Assembly: GCA_043810925.1 (NCBI GenBank)
Contig: JBDRNT010000029.1
Span: forward strand, 1-25,239
Direction of reading: 5' to 3'
Origin: Candidatus Eiseniibacteriota bacterium
GTDB lineage: Bacteria; Arandabacterota; Arandabacteria; Arandabacterales; Arandabacteraceae
Length of the DNA: 25,239 bases
A program made the position numbers and the translations under genes. Shown piece after piece: positions 16,947 to 25,239 of the stretch (its first letter is position 1; each line of letters opens with the position of its first letter). The notes under the pieces are model-generated. The model saw only the letters and a program-made list of their open reading frames with translations, was not told the origin of the DNA and did no database searches.

Positions 16947-17023
16947 TACAGTGAGCGCTGGATACCTGGCCAGGTAATTCGCTTTAAGCGTGATTTCGAC
17001 GCTTCGAGGAGGCGAGTAATCTA

Positions 17024-20000
17024 ATGTCTCGCCTGATCTTGCTCCCGCTCTTCACTCTGTCCATTCTCACCACCGTCGGAAATCTCTGGGCTGCCGACAG
17101 TCTCTCACTCGAGGACATGTCCTTCGAGGTTCTCGGGGGTGCTATCGATCCGCCCCCTGTCCCCATCGACAGCCAGTGGTGGGATGGTTTCGGTCGGCCC
17201 GGTGCCGATGGCTTGGTGATGTCGTTCGTTCTGCATGACGGAGATGTTGTTGTCGGGGGCGACTTTCAGGGGATCGGATCTGTCAGGTCGACGGGGATAG
17301 CCAGATGGGACGGTTCGGACTGGGCGTCTTTGGATTCTGATTTCAGGGATGTGCGGGTGTTGGGGGTCTACGACGGCGATGTGATCGCCGGCGTAAGGTG
17401 TACCTGTGGGGGGCAATGCATCTGGCACTGGGACGGCAGTGCCTGGCAACGAATAGGAGCGGGGATACGTGCATGGGATGGCGGGCCGGGTTCGGGTTGT
17501 GAGGGCCTCCCGCACTATGTCTTTGCCCTGGCGGAGTATAGCGGTCGATTGTTTGCAGGTGGGTGGTTTGGGACTCAAACAGGGAACCCGGACAGCCACA
17601 TTCTCCAGTGGAACGGTGAGACCTGGAGTTCTCTAGGAAGCACTGTGAACGCGGGCGTATACGCCATGACCTTGTACGACGGCAAGCTGGTCGTCGGCGG
17701 CAGGTTCACCCAGGCCGGGGAGGTAGGTGCCAACAGGATCGCGACCTGGGATGGCTCCACGTGGTCAGCCCTGGGTACCGGCATTGACGACGATATCAGC
17801 GACCCGTGGGCCTCCCAGAGGGTCAAGGCCCTGACCGTATATGAGGGCAATCTCTACGCCGGAGGCGTCTTCTCGAAAGCCGGGAGTTTTGACGTTGACC
17901 GGCTGGCATACTGGGATGGATCGTCATGGAACTCCACCGGTTTCGAGGCGGGAGGATATGTGGATGGGGAAGTCCCGACCACAAACGCACTTGCTGTCTA
18001 TGACGGCAATCTTGTTGCCGGTGGGAGGTTCCGCCAAGCCGATGGTGCCCTTGCCGACTTCATAGCATGCTGGGACGGAGAATCCTGGACGTCGCTGGGG
18101 TCGGGTCTGGATGGTACGGTTCATGCGCTGATTCCTTTTGATGACGTTCTTCTTGTTGGGGGCGATTTCACCCATGCCGGCAACCAGCTTGTTTACAACA
18201 TGGCAATGTGGGACGGGGAAGCCTGGCATCCTGTCGGATACGGTCAGGGACTGGACCGCAAAGCGAAATCTCTACACGTACACAATGACAGGTTGATCGT
18301 GGGCGGCAGCTTCACCGCGGCCGGCGATCTCCCTGTGATTCGGATAGCCGGATGGGACGGCTCGTCCTGGACACCTTTAGGAGAGGGTTGGGTCGGGAAG
18401 GAGAAGTCAGTCACAGCTCTGACTACTTATCAGGGCAGCCTCGTCGGTGTGGATGGTCAGGTGGTCAAGCGGTGGAATGGAGTCTCATGGGACACGCTTA
18501 CGACTAAATTCGATGATGGCATCCGGGCGATCGAGGTCTATAACGATGTGCTGATCGCCTCGGGCAGTGTTGTTGCGAGATGGGATGGGACGACCTGGAA
18601 CACATTTGGAATCCCCGCCGCGGACGAGTATGTGGCCGCACTTAAGGTTTCGGGTGACGAACTGGTTGCGGGAGGGTATTTCACGGAAATCAGTGGGACC
18701 GAGGCGCGGAATGTGGCGGCCTGGGATGGGGTTGGCTGGAGACCGCTCGGTCAAGGCTTGAGACGTAGCGGTTACAGGACAGACTATGCGGTTTCGAGTC
18801 TTGAGGTGTTTGACGGGGACCTTATTGCAGGCGGCAGTTTCAATCTATCGGGCGAGACCTGGGTTAAATACGTTGCCAGGTGGGACGGTGAGACTTGGAA
18901 CCCGCTTGGTAGCGGTCTGGACGGCGGCAGTTTCCATCATGTTCGTGACTTCGCCGTCTACAACGGCACCTTGATTGTCGGCGGGAGTTTCCGGCATGCG
19001 GATGGAAGGGAATCCTGGAACATAGCTAGATGGAACGGATCATCGTGGAACCCTGTTGGATCGGGTATCGGCATTTATGAAGCTTACTTGTATCGAACTG
19101 TGGATAACACGGTCGATGCGCTTGCCGTGTATGAAGGTGACCTCTACGCCGGGGGTGACTTCAAGTATGCCGGTGGCAAGCCCTCATTCTACATCGCCCG
19201 CTGGCGGGACAAGTTCCCCGGGATGGTGATGAACTTCACCGCGACCTCGGCGGATACGTTGGTGCGCCTTGAGTGGCGGAACCCGGAGGCTGAGGTCTTT
19301 GAAGGAACTATCGTACGCTACTCAGCATCCGACTACCCTGAGGGCCCGGCTGACGGTCACCCGGTGCCCAACGCGAACGATGGACACTTCACTGGGTCGG
19401 CGGGAACCGACACGTTCTTCGTTCACCATGGTGTGACAAACGGCATCACGCTCTATTACAGCGCCTTCGCTTATGACGCGGCAGCCGACTACTCGATGGC
19501 TGCCTTTGCTTCTGCTACGCCTGCCGATTCAACCGATCCGGGTCCGGTACTTGGCTTCACGGCAACCGCTTCTCCAGAGGGCGTCAGGTTGGAGTGGATA
19601 AATCCCTCGGATGAGGATTTTGTGGAAACACTGATAAGCGTATCGACCACAGAGTATCCTACTGATCCGAGTCGCGGTGCTCTCCATGTGAAGAACGGCA
19701 ACAACGGTTGGTTTGAGGGCGAACCCGGCTCGGATAGTATTTATATAGATGCGGAAGTATCAATTGGGTCGACCTACTACTACACAGCCTGGGCGTATGA
19801 TGAAAGTCGCAATCACTCGGTCGCGGTGCACGATTCAGCGGCCATGGAGTATGCTTGGGGCCCCGATACCCTGCAGTTCTTTGAGGCGAGAGCATTTGAC
19901 CGTCGGGTGTACCTGTTATGGGCAAATCCACCAAGCATTTACTTCAAGTCCACCCACATCAGATTCTCTACCGGTGGATTCCCCTTGACGGTGACCGATG

Positions 20001-21154
20001 GCGAGCCGGTGCCGAATGCGCATGATGGCTGGTTTGAAGCCCCACCCGGGGCCTGGGACAACTTCTTCCACAACGGTCTCGCCAGCGGTGAGACGTATTA
20101 CTACAGCGGGTTTGTATCTCTGGGCCCTCCTGATACGCTCTCCGGGCCGGTGATGCGGGCAGCCATGCCTTGGGGTCCAGATGATGTTCCCCCTGATCTC
20201 TCCATTGGTGTTCTTCAGAATCCATATCTCACCTGGTATCTCGATCTTTACCTCGTCGGTTCCGAGGAGCTCGATTCTGCGAGCATTGATGTTCGAGTGG
20301 AGGGAGGGCAGGCTGCGATGGTGATGGTTGGGGCAGCCGGTAATGTGTGGAGGGGGGATTACAAAATCGTTGGCCAGATGGATTCGATTTCGATTGCTGC
20401 GTGTGCCTCGGATCTTGCTGCGAACACCACGTGTGTGACTGCCGGACTCTCGGTCGGGTTGGTCTCGAAGGGTGGAGGAGGTACTGTTCAGAGTCGGGGC
20501 GGTCGCTTGATGTTGAGTGTACCTCCCGGCACGGTGTCGGAAGACGCTTATGTCCTGGTCTTCCCGGCAGCTGTCCCTGATGACCCGGAAGATGACCATG
20601 GTGTCACTTATGTTGCGCCCGATGGGGAAGCAGCTGGTTATCATCTGAGCCCCTCGGGATTGCTTGGCGGGCGGAGTGCTCACCTTGAGATGAGTTACGA
20701 CGGCATCGATGCCTTGAGCGGCTTGTCACCCGATCAGATCTATATAGAACATGTGGGAGTGGGACCGCTTACGTCGTATGTCGATCCGACGGTGGGGACC
20801 GTCAGCGCAACGGTAACACAGCTTGGAACGTTTCGTCTTTCGGCCGGAGCACCCGGTACAAGCAACTTCGTAGATCCCGCATACCTCGGTCTCGGGCAAG
20901 CTGCGCCCAATCCTTTCAGTGCAAGCACGGTACTCAAGTTTGAGATCCGGGCGGTTCTTAAGGTGCGCGCGAGCGTTTATGACATACGAGGCCGGCACGT
21001 GGCCACGCTGATGGACGGCACAGCCTATCCGGGTTGGGGGAACCTCGTGTGGGACGGTGGCAGCCGGGGTCGCGTGGTACCCAGCGGAGTCTACTTCCTC
21101 AAAGTTGAAACCCCCCGCGCTAACTCAACCATCAAGCTCGTCTTGATCCGCTGA
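17024..21154 (+). CDS. large secreted beta-propeller / FN3-like protein with C-terminal FlgD-Ig/T9SS-like sorting domain
   Basis: 1376 aa; signal peptide; 13 W[DN]G..W repeats with L.vGG.F strands; three FN3-like repeats (L.W.NP...YY); C-terminus APNPF...YDIRGR...SGVYFLKV...KLVLIR. Confidence 0.88.
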   Translation: MSRLILLPLFTLSILTTVGNLWAADSLSLEDMSFEVLGGAIDPPPVPIDSQWWDGFGRPGADGLVMSFVLHDGDVVVGGDFQGIGSVRSTGIARWDGSDWASLDSDFRDVRVLGVYDGDVIAGVRCTCGGQCIWHWDGSAWQRIGAGIRAWDGGPGSGCEGLPHYVFALAEYSGRLFAGGWFGTQTGNPDSHILQWNGETWSSLGSTVNAGVYAMTLYDGKLVVGGRFTQAGEVGANRIATWDGSTWSALGTGIDDDISDPWASQRVKALTVYEGNLYAGGVFSKAGSFDVDRLAYWDGSSWNSTGFEAGGYVDGEVPTTNALAVYDGNLVAGGRFRQADGALADFIACWDGESWTSLGSGLDGTVHALIPFDDVLLVGGDFTHAGNQLVYNMAMWDGEAWHPVGYGQGLDRKAKSLHVHNDRLIVGGSFTAAGDLPVIRIAGWDGSSWTPLGEGWVGKEKSVTALTTYQGSLVGVDGQVVKRWNGVSWDTLTTKFDDGIRAIEVYNDVLIASGSVVARWDGTTWNTFGIPAADEYVAALKVSGDELVAGGYFTEISGTEARNVAAWDGVGWRPLGQGLRRSGYRTDYAVSSLEVFDGDLIAGGSFNLSGETWVKYVARWDGETWNPLGSGLDGGSFHHVRDFAVYNGTLIVGGSFRHADGRESWNIARWNGSSWNPVGSGIGIYEAYLYRTVDNTVDALAVYEGDLYAGGDFKYAGGKPSFYIARWRDKFPGMVMNFTATSADTLVRLEWRNPEAEVFEGTIVRYSASDYPEGPADGHPVPNANDGHFTGSAGTDTFFVHHGVTNGITLYYSAFAYDAAADYSMAAFASATPADSTDPGPVLGFTATASPEGVRLEWINPSDEDFVETLISVSTTEYPTDPSRGALHVKNGNNGWFEGEPGSDSIYIDAEVSIGSTYYYTAWAYDESRNHSVAVHDSAAMEYAWGPDTLQFFEARAFDRRVYLLWANPPSIYFKSTHIRFSTGGFPLTVTDGEPVPNAHDGWFEAPPGAWDNFFHNGLASGETYYYSGFVSLGPPDTLSGPVMRAAMPWGPDDVPPDLSIGVLQNPYLTWYLDLYLVGSEELDSASIDVRVEGGQAAMVMVGAAGNVWRGDYKIVGQMDSISIAACASDLAANTTCVTAGLSVGLVSKGGGGTVQSRGGRLMLSVPPGTVSEDAYVLVFPAAVPDDPEDDHGVTYVAPDGEAAGYHLSPSGLLGGRSAHLEMSYDGIDALSGLSPDQIYIEHVGVGPLTSYVDPTVGTVSATVTQLGTFRLSAGAPGTSNFVDPAYLGLGQAAPNPFSASTVLKFEIRAVLKVRASVYDIRGRHVATLMDGTAYPGWGNLVWDGGSRGRVVPSGVYFLKVETPRANSTIKLVLIR

Positions 21155-21155
21155 T

Positions 21156-21285
21156 GGGGTCAGGCTTTGAATTCTGGAATCAGATGTTCTCTCAAGCAAC
21201 GCAGGGAACCTTTGAATTTGAGGCCCGGGTCAGATATTGCGGCCTTCTCTTAAGTGCCTGATTCCAGAATTCAAAGCCTGACCCC
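21156..21285. repeat. 130-bp palindromic element (MITE/REPIN-like), copy 2
   Basis: Perfect 28-bp inverted repeat (21156-21183 / 21258-21285) identical to copy 1 arms; 74-bp spacer differs from copy 1 at 6 positions; extra CTGACCCCA at 21291-21299. Confidence 0.9.
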
Positions 21286-21305
21286 GGGTTCTGACCCCAA
21301 ATGCT

Positions 21306-21334
21306 TTGACACCGGGGCCGAAGTATGGTACAAT
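21306..21334 (+). promoter_or_regulatory. sigma70-type promoter with extended -10
   Basis: TTGACA (21306-21311), 17-nt spacer, TG-n-TACAAT (21329-21334). Confidence 0.75.
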
Positions 21335-21389
21335 TTGTATTGGAGCGAGCCATAAGGGCGCGCTCTCTATTATAATGAGAAGAAAAGAG

Positions 21390-24300
21390 ATGAAAGAGCA
21401 ACAGCGCCTTGCTATAACTGGACCGGTTATAGCAGTATTTGCATTATGTCTACTTCTTTCCCATATTGCGCCGGCCGGAGCATCGGTCATAGTAGAGCGT
21501 CTTGACTTCCCGTCTCCGGTGGTGACCAACCAGGATAACACTTCCCTTGTTGCCATAGAGGGCATTGCGGCGATCGGGAACCCTGGAGAGCCACTTCTTC
21601 CCGCCCATGGATTGCAGGTTTTGCTCCCCCAGGGGGAAGAGGTGGTGGCCGTGAATGTCAGCGCCTCCGGGGAGGAGGAGATCAGGCTTGATCTTCCTAT
21701 CGAGTGGGCTCAGGCGCAGGTGCCGCTGAGCATGCGAAGCTCAGGGGCCCGCACCATCAGGGACGATGGCATCTATATGGGCGATGTACCGTTTCCCGCC
21801 CGGAGAGCCGTCCATGTTACTACTGAAATATACCGCGGATACAGCATCGCATTCATCAGAGTCTACCCCGTGACCTACATCGGTGCCAGCCGGACGATCG
21901 TCTTTGCGCGTCGCCTGGAGGTGACAGTCGAGACGGCTCCCGATCCGGCCGCACTTTCGCGTTCGCGCCGGACTCTCCGGGTTGGCACAGATGACCGGGC
22001 AGCGGTGGCCAGGGTTGTCGGCGACGTATCGGCGGCTGCCTCATATGTGCGGCCGGAGGGACGTTTCAGGACGCTGTCGAGTCTGGTCGATCCTGAAGAT
22101 ACGTATCCCTATGTGATCATCACGCACAATACGTTTTTCCCGGCTTTTGAGCCTCTCAAAGAGCACAGAGAAAACAGGGGGCTACGCACCAAGATAGTTG
22201 CGGCGGGACAGATCGCCGGACAATACAGCGGTCAGGACCAGCCCGAGAAGATCAGGAATTTCATAATAGACGCCTACCAGAACTGGGGGACCGAGTACGT
22301 GCTGCTGGCGGGTGACGAGAGCGTTATCCCGCACCGCGGGCTCTATGCTACGGTCGGTGACTACGTCGATGAAGATATAGCATCAGATCTATACTATGCG
22401 GCGCTGGACGGCAACTGGAATGATGACGAAGACGGTCTCTGGGGCGAGTCCGACGAGGCCGATCTGATGCCCGAGGTCTGCGTCGGACGGGCCTCCGTGA
22501 GCGATTCGGCTGAGGCGGCGAACTTTGTAAGTAAGGTTCTCAAGTATGAGAACTCGCCCGTCGTGAGCCAAATAGACGTCGCGCAGATGGTCGGGGAGCT
22601 TCTGTGGAGTGATCCCACCTGGGGAGGGGATTACAAAGATGAGATAAAGGATGGCTCATCCGCACACGGTTACACCACAGTGGGGTTTCCGCCGGCCTAC
22701 ACGGTTCACACCCTCTACGATCGCGATCTCAATCCGCTGGAGTGGGACAAGGAAGATCTGATCCCGCTGCTCAACGGCGGGCGGCATCTCGTGAACCATA
22801 TGGGACATTCCTCCAACACCTACGGCCTCAGAATGTACAACAGCGATGTGACGACGAGGTTTACAAACGACGGCGTGTCGAACTCCTATCTGATCATCTA
22901 CACCCAGGGCTGCTACTCGGGTGCCTTTGACAACCGGACGGCCAGCGGCGCCTATATAGATGATTGTCTGGGTGAGTACTTCACATCTATCGAGAACGGC
23001 GCAGTCGCCTATATCGGCAACACGCGTTACGGGTGGGGTGCGCATGCCAGCACCCAGGGGGGAAGTCAATACTATGACAGGCAGTTCTTCGATGCCCTGT
23101 TCGGAGAGGGTCTGACGGCGATAGGCAAGGCCAATGATGATTCAAAGATCGACAACATCGTTAACATCAACATCGGGTCGCTGCGATGGGTATATTACGA
23201 GCTCGTGCTCCTGGGTGATCCTGCCATGGATATCTGGACGGATACACCCGGTTACCTGACACTCATTCACCCGGATGTCATACACGTGTCCGACAATGAA
23301 ATCTCTATGACGGTTACAGACGGTATCGATCCGGTCGAGGGAGCGAGGGTCGGCGTTTTCAGCGACACCACCTACAGCTTCGGGTATACGGATGCGAGCG
23401 GTGTGGTCTATCTCGATCCCGTTGCTCTGGAGCCGGGGTCGCTCCAGGTCGCGGTCACGGCACACAATTTCTATTCACATCTCGACACCATAGCGGTTAC
23501 GACGGCGACTCATCCACTGGTGATAGTGGAGGACTTCACGATCGATGACGACATGTCGGGAGGAAGCAGCGGGAACTCAAACGCCGGTGTGGATGCCGGA
23601 GAGACAATCGAATCCGCAGTACTGCTCAAGAATGTCGGTCAGGATTCAGCCTTCAGCGTATCGGCGGAGCTCAGCACCACAGATCCATATGTCGTCGTCA
23701 TCGACTCATCGGGAAGCTACGGGGACATTGCTCCCGACAGCACGATATCACCTGGTTGGAGTTACAGGTACCAGGTTTCCGAGTCCGCCCCCGACAGTCA
23801 TCTGGTTGCCTTCGACCTGGAGATTGTCCACCTGGATAGCACGGCAACGAGGCATTTGAACATTCCTATAAGTGCACCGAATCTCGCAATCACGGGCATC
23901 ACGGTGGCCGACACTCTCTACGGCAACGGTGACGGGTGCGTGGAAACCGGTGAGACTTTTGAGCTCACACTTACGCTAACCAATATGGGTTCAGGTGATG
24001 GCGAGGGTGTGACGGTGTTTCTGACGGAGTCGGATCCGTATGTCGTGATCGAAGACGATAGTGCGTACATAGCCCTGATAGTATCAGGCGGGGAGGGAGA
24101 ACCCCTGCCCCCGTTCGTGATCGAACTGACGCCTGACTGTCCCAAGTTTCACAGGATAGACCTCAATCTCGACATTCAGTTCGCCAGCGGCAGACATGCC
24201 GCCGAAAGCACTGCCGTCTATGTCGGCGGAACGCTTGAAGAAGACTACGAAAGCGGGATAGGCGGATGGACCCATGCAGATCTTGGTGACGGTGGTATCG

Positions 24301-25082
24301 ATAACTGGCATCTTGAGGATTACAGGAACCATACACCTGCGGGGGTCTATTCTTTCAAGTTTGGCGGGGAAGATTCCCTGCAGTACTCGAACTACAGTCA
24401 CGGCAGGCTCATGACCCCGGCACTCTGTCTCGGCAGTAATGCCACGCTTACATTCTGGCATTGGATACAAGCTGAACTCCAGGGTGGAGGTTATTCCTGG
24501 GATGGTGCGATTGTCGAGATCTCAACCGACGGCGGTGAGACATGGACCCAGATCACCCCGGTCGGCGGCTATCCATATTTGATTTCGCTCAATTCGAGTT
24601 TCCCTTTTGAACCGGGAACCCCGTGCTTTGCCTGGACGAACGTCTGGACGGAGGTAGTATTCGACCTATCGGCTTACGAAGGTAGTGCGAGGATCGGATT
24701 CAGTTTCGGCTCTGACGGTAGTGTTGTGCGTGAAGGCTGGTACGTTGACGACATAACCATCACCGACGATCTCGCATCAATCGATATAGATGACGACGAC
24801 CTGGAGGTCATGCCCACGACCTTTGCGCTGCACGGTGTGAGCCCGAACCCGATGAGCTCACGCGGTATCATAATGTTCGATGTACCCCGGAGTTCGCGCG
24901 TATCGATTGAGCTTTTCGACGTGACGGGAAGATCGGTCGATACGCTTGCGGACTCGGTCTTCGAACCGGGGCGGTACTCGCGCACCGTCGACTACGGCGC
25001 AAGCCTTGCTCCCGGCGTATATTTCCTCAGTATGCGCTCCGCCGGCTTTGCCGCGACAAACAAGGTGATAGTCCTCCGCTAA
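21390..25082 (+). CDS. gingipain-like C25 family cysteine peptidase with propeptide, accessory domains and C-terminal sorting domain
   Basis: Start moved to ATG 21390 (or 21375). Propeptide GNPGEPLLP; YVIIT, YVLLAGD, SDLYY, VGR, catalytic-type NHMGHS and QGCYSG, LLGDP; two GN.....GET repeats; jelly-roll-like LTFWHW...GWYVDDI; C-terminus SPNP...FDVTGR...PGVYFL...KVIVLR. Confidence 0.9.
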   Translation: MKEQQRLAITGPVIAVFALCLLLSHIAPAGASVIVERLDFPSPVVTNQDNTSLVAIEGIAAIGNPGEPLLPAHGLQVLLPQGEEVVAVNVSASGEEEIRLDLPIEWAQAQVPLSMRSSGARTIRDDGIYMGDVPFPARRAVHVTTEIYRGYSIAFIRVYPVTYIGASRTIVFARRLEVTVETAPDPAALSRSRRTLRVGTDDRAAVARVVGDVSAAASYVRPEGRFRTLSSLVDPEDTYPYVIITHNTFFPAFEPLKEHRENRGLRTKIVAAGQIAGQYSGQDQPEKIRNFIIDAYQNWGTEYVLLAGDESVIPHRGLYATVGDYVDEDIASDLYYAALDGNWNDDEDGLWGESDEADLMPEVCVGRASVSDSAEAANFVSKVLKYENSPVVSQIDVAQMVGELLWSDPTWGGDYKDEIKDGSSAHGYTTVGFPPAYTVHTLYDRDLNPLEWDKEDLIPLLNGGRHLVNHMGHSSNTYGLRMYNSDVTTRFTNDGVSNSYLIIYTQGCYSGAFDNRTASGAYIDDCLGEYFTSIENGAVAYIGNTRYGWGAHASTQGGSQYYDRQFFDALFGEGLTAIGKANDDSKIDNIVNINIGSLRWVYYELVLLGDPAMDIWTDTPGYLTLIHPDVIHVSDNEISMTVTDGIDPVEGARVGVFSDTTYSFGYTDASGVVYLDPVALEPGSLQVAVTAHNFYSHLDTIAVTTATHPLVIVEDFTIDDDMSGGSSGNSNAGVDAGETIESAVLLKNVGQDSAFSVSAELSTTDPYVVVIDSSGSYGDIAPDSTISPGWSYRYQVSESAPDSHLVAFDLEIVHLDSTATRHLNIPISAPNLAITGITVADTLYGNGDGCVETGETFELTLTLTNMGSGDGEGVTVFLTESDPYVVIEDDSAYIALIVSGGEGEPLPPFVIELTPDCPKFHRIDLNLDIQFASGRHAAESTAVYVGGTLEEDYESGIGGWTHADLGDGGIDNWHLEDYRNHTPAGVYSFKFGGEDSLQYSNYSHGRLMTPALCLGSNATLTFWHWIQAELQGGGYSWDGAIVEISTDGGETWTQITPVGGYPYLISLNSSFPFEPGTPCFAWTNVWTEVVFDLSAYEGSARIGFSFGSDGSVVREGWYVDDITITDDLASIDIDDDDLEVMPTTFALHGVSPNPMSSRGIIMFDVPRSSRVSIELFDVTGRSVDTLADSVFEPGRYSRTVDYGASLAPGVYFLSMRSAGFAATNKVIVLR

Positions 25083-25086
25083 ACTG

Positions 25087-25239
25087 CTGGGGTCACCCAT
25101 TAAGAGGCACCTGTCAATAGGGCATACGCCGCCCTCGGGGTGGGGTGATCTCACCCCTTATAACTGAGTGATCAGCGTCCAGCCATTGCCGGGACTTCGC
25201 AGGTTTTGGTGTCAGTGCCTCACTGCACCAGTCACCCAT
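25087..25239. repeat. structured intergenic region beginning CTGGGGTCA, possibly a related element truncated by the window end
   Basis: CTGGGGTCA at 25087; GTCACCCAT directly repeated (25092-25100 and 25231-25239); hairpins at 25142-25157 and 25207-25230. Confidence 0.4.

Noticed and set aside
16780-21285. Palindromic repeats as CRISPR repeats or integron attC sites
   Set aside because: Only two copies 4.4 kb apart with near-identical interiors; no RYYYAAC/GTTRRRY cores; no cas or integrase gene
21306-21389. ORF-track TTG start at 21306, and TATAAT at 21371-21376 as a second promoter
   Set aside because: The TTG is part of the -35 hexamer and the signal peptide begins later; the TATAAT has no -35 match at proper spacing

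Overview
GC-rich bacterial DNA with no rRNA, tRNA, CRISPR array or transposase. The C25 peptidase, the C-terminal FlgD-Ig/T9SS-like sorting domains and the lipoproteins suggest an FCB-group lineage (inference only). The minus strand (293-13893) carries a beta-helix secreted protein, glnA and a single-domain response regulator. These are followed by a compact T2SS/type IV pilus hybrid cluster: GspE/PilB ATPase, GspG-like pseudopilin, GspF/PilC, an unusual two-headed pseudopilin, a PilM-PilN fusion, PilO-like and PilP/GspC-like proteins, and a secretin. A separately promoted beta-barrel plus lipoprotein pair comes last. The plus strand (14068-25082) carries a TPR lipoprotein, a YprB-like RNase H-fold exonuclease, a DUF1028-TPR protein, a 1376-aa propeller/FN3 surface protein and a gingipain-like C25 protease. 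Notable non-coding structure: (1) two near-identical ~130-bp elements with perfect 28-30-bp terminal inverted repeats, each directly after a stop codon and directly before a TTGACA/TACAAT promoter; (2) a strong orphan promoter pointing into a G-U-rich hairpin (candidate sRNA); (3) a Shine-Dalgarno-sequestering hairpin overlapping a sigma28-like promoter at the head of the secretion operon.
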